A DNA stretch of 63,901 nt, counting the filler, from Perkinsus chesapeaki ATCC PRA-425 (taxonomy: Eukaryota; Protista; Perkinsozoa), in NCBI GenBank assembly GCA_013115145.1. It is 7 parts of 7 records of this genome, joined end to end, with 100 filler letters (N's around TTAATTAATTAA, not from the genome) between each part and the next. Parts side by side here need not be neighbours in the genome. Positions count along the whole stretch, not along the records: positions 1 to 28,213 come from JAAPAO010000480.1; 6 more parts are not named here. One strand, given 5' to 3'. Position numbers and translations under genes: made by a program. This document shows, in pieces, positions 11,701 through 24,286 of the stretch (position 1 is the first letter of the stretch; every line of letters starts with the position of its first letter). The notes below the pieces were generated by a model that had not been told where the DNA came from, did no database searches, and saw only the letters and a list, made by a program, of their open reading frames with translations.

Positions 11701-14700
11701 TGGGTGCCCGCGGGAACCCTTAGACGATTCTGATTCTGGATGGTGTCGACGTTGGCAAGATTCACCGAGCAGTTCGCAAAGGACCATTTGTAGCCCAACA
11801 CGTTCTCCGCCGACACGCACTGTGATGCCTTCCCCACGGCATTCAAGAAGTACTCCTTGTTGCGGTACACACCAATCTGATAGAAAAACCGTAAAAACTG
11901 ACGACACCAGATATGGCGGATACCTTTAGCTCGCCGACAATAGTAACAGTCGGCGCCGAATCTGCCAACTTCTGAACAGTAAACTGTTCTGTCGTAGTCA
12001 ATGCCCACGCACTTGTAACTTCAATTTCGAATATGTGATACGATGCCTGACAAAAAGTCATGTTAGTAGTGTTCCATGTTGGTCTACAGCCCACACAAGG
12101 CTTCTTCCGACCATGAAATTACAAAGGGACAGGAAGCTTGTTGCTAGTAGCAACAACACCTCGAAAGATTTCCCACTACAGTTTTGAGGTTGCCTTGTAG
12201 GCCTCCTTTTAGCAAGTAAAAATATAGCCAATCAAGCTTCCTGAAACGTCTCCATATCACATTTCCTGAGGAAATTCCTTTACATTTTCCTTTTTTCCGA
12301 ACGTCAAAGGGAAAAAATTGATCGTCCGATAAACACAAAAGTGTACAGATTTGCAGACTGTACAAGAATACGTCGCCTTTTGAGATTCTTCCACAAAATT
12401 TCCCGTCGTAAACCCATACCGCTCCCGCCTCACAACTCCCCAAAGCCCACCTTAGCCAACATGTCCGCATACAGCGTGACGGAGAATGCATTATTAAGGT
12501 TAGCTTCTGCAAGGACTTCATTGATCAGTTCTACCTTATCAGCATGGGAGGAGTTGCCACCGACTAAAGTGAGACATAACGCATCGCCCCGCTTCTTTAC
12601 GTACCTCCACCGTCGTTCGCTCCCCCAGTAGCCACCGATGAAAGCGCTGTCACGGATTCTAGCTTCCACACGTAAGTGCACTTCCGCCTAAAACCGCGCG
12701 CCACAAAATCAAACAGAGCTCCTCAGCCTAGGTACTTACCCGCAAAACTGCGTGTCACCGAAATCTAAAGTGACATCGGCACAGACGTCCACAACTAGTG
12801 AAGGATCAGCCCGTAGGTTCGGCTTTGGAGGCACCAGATCCGACGGCACTTGCACCTTGACAAGAACGTAAATATTAGGGCGGCTAACCTCCCACTGAAA
12901 GACTCTCAGGTATTAGTGTCGCCCGTTATGGGCAGAAGACTTGTGAGAAATACAACAATTCTGCACTTTATCTATACATACTCATGGCACTTCCACCTTG
13001 GCGAGTGTGGGAAAGTTAAAGTCAAGCACGGTCAGCCCATTCAGGGTAAGCGAGAGCTTTGGAAATTAAATGGAGCAGCCCACTAATTAGAGCAATCAAA
13101 AATCGCTTCGCTCCGCCCTACCTTGCAGCATCCAGTGCTATAAGCACTCCATTGATCATTCTGTGTTCGACATACAAAGTTGGGGCGAATACAAAGAGTA
13201 TGTCCAAAAGTAAGAGTGCTACTTTTATCCAGAATAATCTAAACACAACGATAGTCATACCGATTCCTCCGCTATCCCCTCACCTCGATCTGATCCTTCT
13301 GTATAAAGGCACATGTAGCTCCCTCCAAATACTGGAAGGAGGCATCAGCAAAGCACGTCTTAGCCGATACATGGGAAGTCACCTAAACGGTTTATGAAGG
13401 CATAAACAGTATGGCAATGCAAGACGATCCCGGAATATCTAAGGGAATATCCAAGGGAATTCCACCGCCCGACTTCTCTATCTTGAAGGCTGTACCTTCT
13501 ACGGCGAATCGGCCAAGTAATTTTCGGGCGCAGTCGAGAAAGGCTAGACATCACTTTGACCCAGGGTCTATTAGAATCGTCCAAAGTGATCTTCTACCCC
13601 TCAGAGACCTCACCTCGTAACTGTAGTCGATGGTGTCCGGTATGCCATCGTAATCTATATCCTTGCATTTGCCCCCCATCAAAGTAACACTATCAAACTG
13701 TATGACAGCCGACAGACCCGTCATGGACATCTCGCAATTAGACATCTCAGCTCGAGGTAAAGTCATAGGGAAGCCTGGATCCGGCTGGTATCTATGCGCA
13801 CTCGCAAGATTTTTCGCTTCCCACAACCCCTCCTACAGTTCCATAGTAACCGCCTTCGACTCAATTCCGTCCTCCGTTGACCGTGCCGTACCCTTCGCTC
13901 CTCCCCACAGTGACAGCGCCTAACCCCCGTATAATAATTAATGTTTCGACCACTCCCTATTACCTCGGTTCTGATGTCGAAACACAAGACCGATGGTATG
14001 GCATTTAGCTTGGCCTCTGATCCAGTAGGCTGATTTTGGAGCACCTACGAGAGAGAGGAACCATTACAGAATTCCTGCCGCACCCCCGCTTCCGAACAAC
14101 TCATTTTGCCCAAGTAATTCCAGAAACTTAATTGCCCAGTCGATTACACAAGTCCACAAAAGACACAAAACCAAAAGACATATTAATCGCCAGAATGCCA
14201 GGACATATTGCCGCCTAAACCGCCACGCACATTTGTCACTCAACGGTAACCCTCAAGGATCAGCTACCACTCAAAAGGCAAAATCGATCATTCGACTCAC
14301 AAACATCACCCGCCCCGATATTATCGATCTCGCATATCAGGTATCCGCAAGTCGGCCCCTTCTACTACCTTTCTATCATCCGTATAAGTTGCCCCGCCCA
14401 CGGTATCATACAACATAATACCATGGCATGATCTGTTGTACATATGGTTACTAGCTGACACTCCCGCCAGTAGATTCAAATTAGCTGTCTCGGACACTGG
14501 TATCATATACTGCACATTTGACCCTAACAACAACAGCACCCGTGCAAGCACACAAAAACTGTCCCGCTCCACCTGAGCTAGTCCAGAAGGGCTCCGCAAT
14601 AAGTGCTTGAGTCTGTGATTGCCTATAGACCCTTGCCAAGGACAGGAACTCTATGTTGCCGTTTCTATTAACCATAGCTCCAACGTCTCCATAATACCTT

Positions 14701-17200
14701 CAAACCAACAACTCTACTAGCAACCCCTCCACCAGCACCACATCTCCCTTACTCATTCACCGCCAATTGCACCACAACACAGTCCAGTGCAGCAGTATGA
14801 TAGACATGGCCCAAAGTCGCCGTGCCCGATGTCGAGGTTGATATATCAACAAACATAACCTTTCCGAAGAACTCCACAAGAAGCAGAGGCAGCAGCCCAC
14901 CATTACCTTAGACTTCACCGTATTAGCTATACCACCCTCTATACCGTATGACACACTGAATATATAAGTATCAAGCCCGTTCTTCGATATTATGCCGGCA
15001 TTATCGCTCGCTTGAAAGTACCTATACCGCTCCTTCCCCAAATCCCAGCCACTATAACCCACTCAGCTGCTGTAGCCTCACTGGCTCCATCGGCAAAGAT
15101 ATCAGTTTTGGTAGCAACATCGGTGTACATAGGAGAGAAGACCTTCGTGAGCTGTGGTAAGGTAGGGTCCATAGTATCAACCTTTATCACCAATACCTAC
15201 ACCCCATCATAAACCAGCACTACACTGGATACAAAGGTCCTTAAAACACATACCCCGCAACACTATGGTTATTCGCAAATTGCGGAGCATTTAACAATTT
15301 TTCAACTAGAAATTCCAGCTGAGATTCCAGAAGACGCAACGATACTGCTAATAAGATAGGACTAATTAAGACAGAATGTCTACAACCGAATGTCTTCCCC
15401 GAGAGCAATCAGCAGTTCCGCGTGTGCTAGACGAATGAGTATGTAAAAGCATCGATACAAAAATAAATCCACCGATAGCGCCGAAATCATCGGCCAGCGC
15501 AGCTGACCCTGGAGTCTTTATCTTCGGTCGAATGAGTCCCTTCAGACTGAAGCCGCTCCTCATCCCACCGAGTTGAGTAACACGGCCGCCTTTACGAGAT
15601 CCAAGCTAGGCAAGTGAGCTTGCGATGGTAATACAGCTAACGTGATGACCTTTGCTGCCCTATGACCTTATAATTAAACGAAGTAGTTGTCTGTATCCTA
15701 GCTGTCCTAGCCGGCATCATTAAACACACTATTCGACTGCTATCCACATCAAAGGTCAAACCTATAAGAATAGCAGCACTCAAGAAGGCTAAGTATAACC
15801 TGCTACCACATACCAGTATAAATCATAAGCTCCGTCTCTGTGCTCTGAGTCTCCTTCATATGATATTCAAGCTTGGCGTCACCGGTTGATATATCAGCAA
15901 CGAAAAGGAAGTAAGTCTCAGGCATTTCCGCGTCGTCATAAGCCTACACAAGCGGCATTCTAGCCCAACCGTAGCGCGGCCATTTATATATCAATAAACC
16001 GCGAGTTCGATCCCTGGCTACAGCTTATTACCCTCTCATTAACTATACCATCTTCATTAACAGCTGGCGTTTCTGGTCTTGCTCGATACCTATGATCACC
16101 ACAATAGACTATCCAACCCATCAGGCGTACAAAGCTAACACCTTGAATCTGCCAGAGACCCCCTATACAGGGCGATTTGAAAAGGTGCCCACAACGCAGG
16201 TGTCATTCTAAGTCAGAGTGCTTTCGCTGCAGCAGAGACAAACAGATAGCTCACTGAAGCTGAGTTTCTAGCTCCTAGGTTTTATATAATAACTAGCAAC
16301 TTCTATAAGTTGGAGAGATTGGACTAGTAGTTGGAAAAATGAAATGTATAATATTGCTGTACACACGTATACGACAGACTAGACAACGACATAATAATAA
16401 TACCAGTAAGACACTCTAGGACATCAGTAACACAATAACAAATTAGCCAATAATACCAGTTGATAGATGCCGTCCGGAATACAAGATTCCTCCAAGGGTC
16501 GACTGCCAACGAGCCAACCTGATAAAAACACACACTCCTTCCATAACACCGACAACCGCTACTACCTGAATATGCGTATAGCACATAAACAGGTTCCAAT
16601 GGTCGTCCTCTCCACCACAAATGGGAGTCTTAAACTCAGTAGTGCACTCGATCTGAACAACACAACAACCTATATTATCCAAACCCACATGCCCACTTCA
16701 CCTGGCACTGCTCCTCGCTAGCAGCCTTCTGCCATTGTGATTCAATACTCGCCGCGCAGCTACAAAAAGAGCCAGATACGCCTGCTACAACCATACCCGG
16801 CATAGAGCCTGAAAACGTTCTATGCGACTAGATGGAGAATCTTCTAGTACTGCATAACAGCCAGCAGTCCCTTGGCGTATAAGCCTGGCCTTCTTCAGGC
16901 GCTACATCATACAGTCTCGGACTGGGGCTAGATAATGCCTTATAGCATCCAATAGACACAACGCAGTCCTATTGGTGGAATGACAGGCTGAGCAAGACTG
17001 CAATGCTACTACCAATTGATTCTCCCTGCTGAATGCAGCTGCAGTGCCCTCCTGGTTAACATCCACCATCCGAGTCTGGTCAATCTCGGATTTGGTAATG
17101 ACCCCTGTTTCTGGGTCTACTACGTCTTCAAACACCACCTACCACACGACAGATTCCAAATACCTTAACACTCATTGCAGAGTTGATAACGTCTGGTTGT
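5793..17200 (-). CDS. Giant polycystin-1/REJ-like membrane protein (REJ-type ectodomain, degenerate GPS, about 7 TM, polyproline loop)
   Basis: Terminal exon 5793-11876 (2028 codons) joins in phase 0 through a 47-nt GT-AG intron (11877-11923) to upstream exons (..TVTIVGELK|IGVYRNK..). It has a GPS-like CMYW..W..G..C motif (~8425-8546) and the PKD1-family TM signature H..VLAP.Y.S.SFTRPQRLLC...M.G.M.VSALIYG. Short minus-strand ORFs from 12.1 to 17.1 kb are presumed 5' exons; the 5' end is not located and these exons could belong to a second gene. Confidence 0.75.
15952..16025 (+). pseudogene. Degenerate tRNA-like sequence (A-box, TTTATAT loop, B-box) in an intron
   Basis: TAGCCCAACCGTAGCGCG..TTTATAT..GCGAGTTCGATCC. 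Box spacing is tRNA-like but the stems do not pair. Confidence 0.3.
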
Positions 17201-18424
17201 AAACTATAATAGAAGACTATAGGAACTGAGAATGTAGTTAGCAGGATTGCCGTTATTACACTGGTTGCCAACTATATGTATATTTAATAAACATATTATT
17301 TATAAATAATAATATAACAGTTTCATACCGTTAATCTCTCTAGCGAGTACGTATCAAGTATCAGCAAGTATTATAACTATTTAACAATGGCTAACAGAGC
17401 GGTAAATTATTAGATAGAAAGGCCACTTAGTGATATCATCCAGTTATCACAGTTATATAATAATATATAAAGTACTATCTCTTCAATGACGACCTCTTTA
17501 CTACCTGTAATGCTCCCATCTCTTTAAATGACCCCACAATCCGGAACAGCGTTATATATAATAGACTTGATACTGCTGCAGTGTATATCATTTAATTAGC
17601 ATTATAAATGACCCTCGCCAACTAACGATCACCACCACGTTCTGCTATGTGATTCTGCGGAAATGGTACAGTAAAAATATATGAAGTCGTCAATGTTAGA
17701 CTAGAAAAGAAAGCGCATTTCAAACGTCGCTCGCCACGAAATTCCATCGGGGGCATTATACGCACATGGAAAATCCCACATGTAGTGACAAAGCTTAAAA
17801 AGGGAAGAAGTTAAAAGTCCTCTCTAGATTCAATAATTGAATTATGATACGGTTCAATACTGACAATCGATTTTGAGTTTAGTCGAGCAGCAGCGAAGGC
17901 AGTCGAAGGGATGATGGACCTTCGAGAAGACCGTTATTCGGATCCGATGGTCGAGCACATTATTCAAGTCGCAAAACTCCCCCGAGTAATGATTCACACA
18001 TTAACCGTTTTTTCGGATCCGAGACACACTTCATCTTCTAGATTTGAATTGTTTATCATTTCTGTTACGTGGCATCAATCGTAACATAGCGAAACAGCAA
18101 TGATCCGCCTAAATTTCTGCGATTCATGATAACATCAAAATTCTGAATCATAGCCTGAAGCAAGCATGATACACGGAAGGCCGTCACGCTCGTTATCCTT
18201 TGCTCGCAATGATGAATTATGCTGCTAATTCGCAGCGAATTCATATATTTGACAAGACTTTAACTCGACACTATACCCGTAGAGCCTGTGGTATAGAAAG
18301 TATTAACACAAGTAAAAACGCGGGTAAAGCGGAACCAAAGGCACAATGGTCCTTAGACGTGACCTGCTCTTGGTGTGATATTATGAAACTATATTAATAT
18401 GAAGAGAGAAGGACCCTACAATAA

Positions 18425-20077
18425 TTACTGGGTTCCAAAGTATCTAAAACATCATACCGTATTCCCCAGTCAACAACAATTGTTGTGTTACCTGTCCCCA
18501 AAATCACCAAGTCCTGGGAGGATATAGGCATGCTCATTAAGACAACGATCAAGACACCCACTAACAATGCGAACCTGTTCAAGACCGTTCCGATTCCTAT
18601 AAGTTGTTTCGATGCATTTACCTTAGGATAAGCTTCACTGAGATGCTTGATCCCTTCCGGGCATGATATTAGATTTAGGAACACTATATCTTCCTGCTTT
18701 ATATCATAATCTTCAGCGGCTAATAGGGACTTGATAGCCTAACAGGACACTAGTGACACAAAACTGTAATAATCGTCCGTACCATCATACAGCTGCCTCC
18801 TGTGGCTAGCATAGGGTCCATTAGCAGCACTTGTGGCGTTGATCTGCGGTTAAACATCAACATGCAATATTTTGCCGATCTACTAGCATTTAATCGAGCA
18901 GTATTTTCTAATTTGTTTTGGTGAATAGCTAGTTCAAACTGCATGCTCATAGATACCGTATAGACGGATACGGCGATAGCTGGAAGGTTTGCAGCTTACT
19001 AAGGTTTAGTAATAACTAAACCGTATCACAATGTACGTGATGTACGCTAAAAAACAGGTGTAATACCAATCACTACACACTAAGAAACTCTGACGGCGAA
19101 CTATCCCTACCGAACCGTATTACAAATAAATAAAACAACATAGAACCACTATACCTCACTGACTTACTTGAACGTCGGCAACTTAATATAATACAAGTGT
19201 GGCAGGGCGGTCTCCTCATCTCTTTGTATAAGAATCTTCCCTATTTTAGCTTCCGGGAAGATCTCATGAACCGGCCTCTCCATACTCTCACCAGCTCTCA
19301 CACTAAACAAAGAGCAACCATTATTAGCATTATTGGTTCGTCTCAAATAGACACTTGACAGCCGAGCGGTACGTTGTGAATTTTCCTCAAATTTTTACGC
19401 TCCCTGTCAGATAACGGCGGCTGCATGCTTATAAAGCCCTTCCAAATAATATACAAAGATTTCCCGAATTTGGCATCGTTCTCATCAATCGACTAGACAA
19501 CACTAGGCCCTAAAACGGTATAACACAGTATCTAATCACGTCACAAATATGCGTATCTAAATCGATTAACCGTTTCATGTGCAAAGTATGCCAACTCTCT
19601 CATCCCTTACATGCTAACTGCCATTATATCATCTTCTGGTAGAGTAACACCTTCTACAGTTTCCTGTGTTGGTGTAACAATATCATACTTTTTATCACAC
19701 CTACATAATAAAAGCTCAACTTCGGGCCACGAAGTGCCTAGGAGCTAATAATGTAGAATTCCATATAAGGTTTTCCAAAGAGTATGAAACTCAATTCTGA
19801 ACCAACAGTGTTCCGAAGGTTACCTGATCCATCCCAGGTTAACTGCTTCTTGAATGAGAAGTCTCGTGATGTGATCGGCAGCCCGACGAAACTCCGCGGA
19901 CTTAACCGTCTTACAGTCTCGTAAAATCGTCATTTGCGATTTCAAGAAAAGAGTTGGTTGGAGTATGTGGACAGTCTCCGGGAACCTGCTAGAGTGTCGG
20001 AAAAGTGGAACACTCCCGTCCATCTTACTCTCGAGCGACATCAGCAATCCGTTGCTTTTCGGCATCGTCGCTAGCAT
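18425..20077 (-). CDS. UPRT: Uracil phosphoribosyltransferase (multi-exon)
   Basis: Exons give MTILRD....[25 protein letters not shown]...[35 protein letters not shown] (PRPP loop), [10 protein letters not shown] and [13 protein letters not shown]|YFGTQ*. Confidence 0.95.
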
Positions 20078-20676
20078 CGATAATTGAGGAATTCATATTA
20101 TACAACAGTATTGGAAATCAAGTATAAATCTTACAGACAAGTTAAAATGGACGAATATTGTCCCTCCCTATAGAAAATAAGACGGGGGCTTTCGAATGGA
20201 ATCAATTCGACTCGGCCACAACTCGTTCACAAGGGAAAGCAACCACAGTGGATTCTTTATAAACGCACATACTGTGCCCTTGAACCAGGAAGGATCATGC
20301 CACGTTTGTGGCGAGCAAAGCTCCTCGAAGACCCGGGTGCTGATTCGTGATCAACAAGACAATATACGACAATTTGACCGAGATTCCGCATGAGATTCGT
20401 CATTGTTGGTACTATCACCCAGCACTGCCAAGAAATAGCAACATTTTATGGGCTCAGATAACAGCCAGATATGCGCTCAGAGCCCCCAATTGGCAGTACA
20501 CTGTTACACCGAACATTAGCCGATTGAAATAATAAGACAACTGTGCTGTTAACGTCCAAGATACTTCGCATCAAGCTTTTTTGTTTTCCGAGGCGATCGA
20601 AGCGACTATCGACCAAAATTATTGCTGCTATGGGACAAATCTTGACTGTTAAACCATGAAAATGATCACATATCGC

Positions 20677-22496
20677 TCACGCTACTAGCAAAGTGCAAAC
20701 CGACGCTTCTGCTATGTTTCCTGCGAGGGCGGACGTTATCCTGCGCCTGAATATACTACTCATCCCAAACCACAACACTCGTTGCTTGATTATTACCCTG
20801 CCGGCCTCCATGGCATCGTCGCCTTCTGCAGTTGGTTGCGGCGATCTGTCGGGGACTCGCTCAGTCTCGCGGGCTCGAGCTTGCTCAGCTTCTCGTTCCT
20901 TCTTGAGGGCCGCAAGGTATTGACCGTAAACGAATCTACAACACGAACTGTTTTCGATACCGCTGATGATGCCTTCAGTACATGCCAAGGCCAATGCAGA
21001 CTAGGATACCACCGAGCACTTGGTGGGGGAAAATAGGCTCACCAAGAAGGAAGTAGGCAAAAATGAAGCAGAAGACCGGCTGAGTAACCTGGCAACGGAA
21101 ATGCCATGGGCGAGTAGAGGAAAATACTACCTGATAGAGCCCTACAGCGATCGGACCAAGTTGCTTCACGGCTGCTAATTGGATTCTCCAAGATATAAGA
21201 ATAATGAAGAAGACGGAATACAGTACAGCACCCCAACCGTGCACTCCCAACACCGAAATAAGGTGCCTGACAGACAAACAGGTTAAGCTGCTACACCGCC
21301 ATTCAAGCGACCCAAGTTCGAACCGCTCACCATGCTCTCGGCATATCCCATCCCAGAATACTCAATGTAAAGGGTGTTGTAAATGCACAAAGGCAAATAA
21401 TCTGGTAGAATTGAACCTGATGGCATCGTACTACTTCATAGGTCTCCCCAGCCCCCCCCCGATTACAGCCATGGGCCTCATAGTACTCAAGGCGACCTTC
21501 TGCCCCGTCACTTGAATAGCCTTAGTAACAGGAACCTGAAATAAGTATCGACATAGTCAAAAGCTGCCAAACTGGATGTTGGAAATTTGGTAAGGTGGGT
21601 GCTCGAGAGAATGTGGAAGATGTTTTAGAATATAAAGTCGGAAGGAAGCTTACACCAAGAAGGATGAGGAAACCCAAATCCACTCCGGCAAAGTCGTAGC
21701 CCTTAGCAGCGATGAAGACTCCCACACAACCAATAAGCATAGAGAGATACCTGAAGGAGGTGAATAAGATGACCCATTACGTATCTTGCACGCTCAAGCT
21801 GAAGATTCGTTGTACTTTATCTTATTGCCTTTTTCCAAACCGAATGCCACTGCGAGCATGCAGGTGCACACCGGCACGAAAGGCTGTACAACACCCGCCG
21901 ATGCAGCCCCTGTAAACATTAGCCCATAAGGCACTATATTCTGTCGAGCAGCTCTGAGGACACAAAAGATACGAAATGAGGTCTCTTTTGGACCTACCCG
22001 GCAAGGCCCTGAATTAATACTGGCTTCACATTTGTCTTTTTTAACCGCAACACTCCTTCGTAATGACGATCGGGACTGATCAAAGAATACAACTGCTTCG
22101 ACATTCAACCGCCACTCAAAGAGATCCCTTAATAGCACAGAATATCCCACATAAAGTGTGTAGTAAGGAGGCCCTGAGGTCTTCATCCTGTCCCTAGTAC
22201 CTTGTATAGAATATAATGGGTAGCAAAACTAAGCTGACGATACCTCTCATCATGGAAAATATAGTGGCGGATGTCTTACCAAAAACCTGCATAAAAAGAG
22301 CAAGTCGATTCCAAGATTGAACGTTTCCTTTCCCCTTTGTTATTACATCCTCAGATGCTTTGCTGAAAGATTTGAAACAAACATAATTTCCAGCGAACAG
22401 CGCCTGTGACAGAAGCATCATCATATGGGCTCGGAACAGCTCCCCCGAGCTAGGACCAATCACAATAGGCTGGTGCTCTGAATACCAGCAATTCAT
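20677..22496 (-). CDS. EamA/DMT-family (MtN21/WAT1-like) membrane transporter, multi-exon
   Basis: Hydrophobic exons with two DMT repeats: SQALFAGNYV, QPFVPVCTCMLAVAFGLEK, W.AVLYSVFF...SWRIQLAAVKQLGP..VGLYQ and QPVFCFIFAYFLLGEPIF..QVLGGILVCIGL. Both ends approximate. Confidence 0.85.
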
Positions 22497-22911
22497 ACCA
22501 CATTTCCGCTATATCTTAGGTACCATAGAACGTAGGGCTTTTGGGCTTCTGATCCTCAACGATTGGAGTGAGGAGTCGGACACGTGGACCGTCTCCTGGT
22601 AGCGCCAAACCGCCGCTGGCTCCTGCTGCTGTTGTGGAGCTCATTCGTTTTGGGAAAGCTATACGTTGGAATTAGCCTTGACGAAAATTGAGCGATGCCC
22701 CCTAATAGGAATTTCATTAGGCTGGCGATAACAACTAAGAGTGGTCCCCGACCACTAGTGTTGTTTCCAAAGAGACTGCGCATGGAGAGGTGTTGAGATT
22801 TGTGGCGCGCGCACTTTTCAGCACACAACTAAGGGACAGAGCTAGGCTAGCGGATCCATCCCAGGCAGGTTCCCAAGACGCCTGCTTGACGCCAGTTTTA
22901 GCAACTTCACA

Positions 22912-24003
22912 ATGGCAGAAAACCAACAACAACAGCAGCAGCAACAACAACAACAACAACAGCAAGAGGAACTACCGGTCGAGGTTCACTTCGAGGCGGC
23001 AGTCTTGTCCATATTTGTAACGTTGGACACTCCTAACTCAGTCAAGAAAGTTTTTAAGGACAACGGCCTCACCACTGTCTCACTGCTGTCTGCTGCTCCC
23101 ATTGCGGATATTACTCAGTTGTTTCAGGCTAAGTCTATACTCGAGAGATCTGCTGGATTTGCTGTAAAGGCCCGGGCTACCACAATCCTCCCCCAAGTTC
23201 AGGCTAATGTGGAAGCTGATAACGTAGACCCCCAACATATCGCTTTGGTCGAGAAGGTTACTGCAAAGTACAAGCTTGTCAACAAGATTGCTCCTTCCCC
23301 GGACCTTTTGCCTTCAACGAGATTGCTCCGAAGACTATATGAATCACCACTTTCGATGATTGATCTGGCGGACTGCGTGGACGAGTACGGAAGCAACATG
23401 GCGGCCTCGATCAAGTACGAGGTTTCTATGAGAGGGGAGCTCGTGGCCGTCCAAGGCAGCCCACCAAAGTCTCGTAAGATCGAAAACGTAGCACAGTGGG
23501 TCAAAGCTTTTGGCATATACATGGTAGGACTTCTTTTAGTTTCAGCAGATGATACGAGAAGAGACAAGTTCTGGATTGACGCCTCATCCTTGATGTCCTA
23601 TATGACGAGGACAGTCGGAAGAATGGCGGTCGATTTTGAGAGAGGTTGTGTGGCTGATAAAACTTATCGATCTCGTTTGCTAGCCTGGCGCCTTGAACGT
23701 CAATTGGATCCCTGTGAGCTCTTCAGACGTGACCAAGATCCTTCAATTCGGATTATGATCCCACCATCAACTCCTCCTATGGTGACGACCTTCCCTTCAA
23801 AACCTGCTGGTGTGTCTCCTAATCGATCTAAGAAGCGAAAGGTTTGCTTTGCCTATCGTAACTCCGGAACGTGCAAGTTTGGTAGCACGTGTCGCTTTGC
23901 ACATGTTGAAGGGACATCAGCGGCAGGGCTATCTGGTGAAGATCAGTCGAAGAATAGCGGGCAAGTGGGGCAGTCATCTACCAAGATCAACAAGAAGAGC
24001 TGA
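22912..24003 (+). CDS. Gag-like ORF1 of YR element 1 (polyQ, SAM-like domain, C-terminal CCCH finger)
   Basis: CFAYRNSGTCKFGSTCRFAH is a C-x8-C-x5-C-x3-H finger; 14 Gln codons at 22924-22965; lies directly upstream of RT. Confidence 0.85.
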   Translation: MAENQQQQQQQQQQQQQQEELPVEVHFEAAVLSIFVTLDTPNSVKKVFKDNGLTTVSLLSAAPIADITQLFQAKSILERSAGFAVKARATTILPQVQANVEADNVDPQHIALVEKVTAKYKLVNKIAPSPDLLPSTRLLRRLYESPLSMIDLADCVDEYGSNMAASIKYEVSMRGELVAVQGSPPKSRKIENVAQWVKAFGIYMVGLLLVSADDTRRDKFWIDASSLMSYMTRTVGRMAVDFERGCVADKTYRSRLLAWRLERQLDPCELFRRDQDPSIRIMIPPSTPPMVTTFPSKPAGVSPNRSKKRKVCFAYRNSGTCKFGSTCRFAHVEGTSAAGLSGEDQSKNSGQVGQSSTKINKKS

Positions 24004-24286
24004 ATCTTCAACTATAAGCAGCGAAGTCGCATTGTGTCACTCAATTTTATATCCATCTTGTTTGCTCTAAGCTGTTACTTGTGTTTTCGGACAGGCCACA
24101 TTCCTTGAGACCTTGAGAAGTACACACTATGTACTACATAGTAAAGGGCTTCTGGGAGGTGGAATAGCCTGAGGTGGGAATCATGGTGATTTCCTGTGAG
24201 CCAATTCGTAAGCTTGATTTGGCCTGGGTAGTAAGTATTATGCCAGTAATATTTTTGCTGTTGCAGTTGATTCCTGTGTTTTCAAA

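Noticed and set aside
11877-12008. N-terminus of the listed 2071-aa ORF
   Set aside because: It reads through a 47-nt GT-AG intron; the true upstream exon is in another frame.
17860-18400. Short ORF-like stretches at 17.9 kb and 20.2 kb as transposon relics
   Set aside because: No recognisable motif, and no clear mutual similarity.
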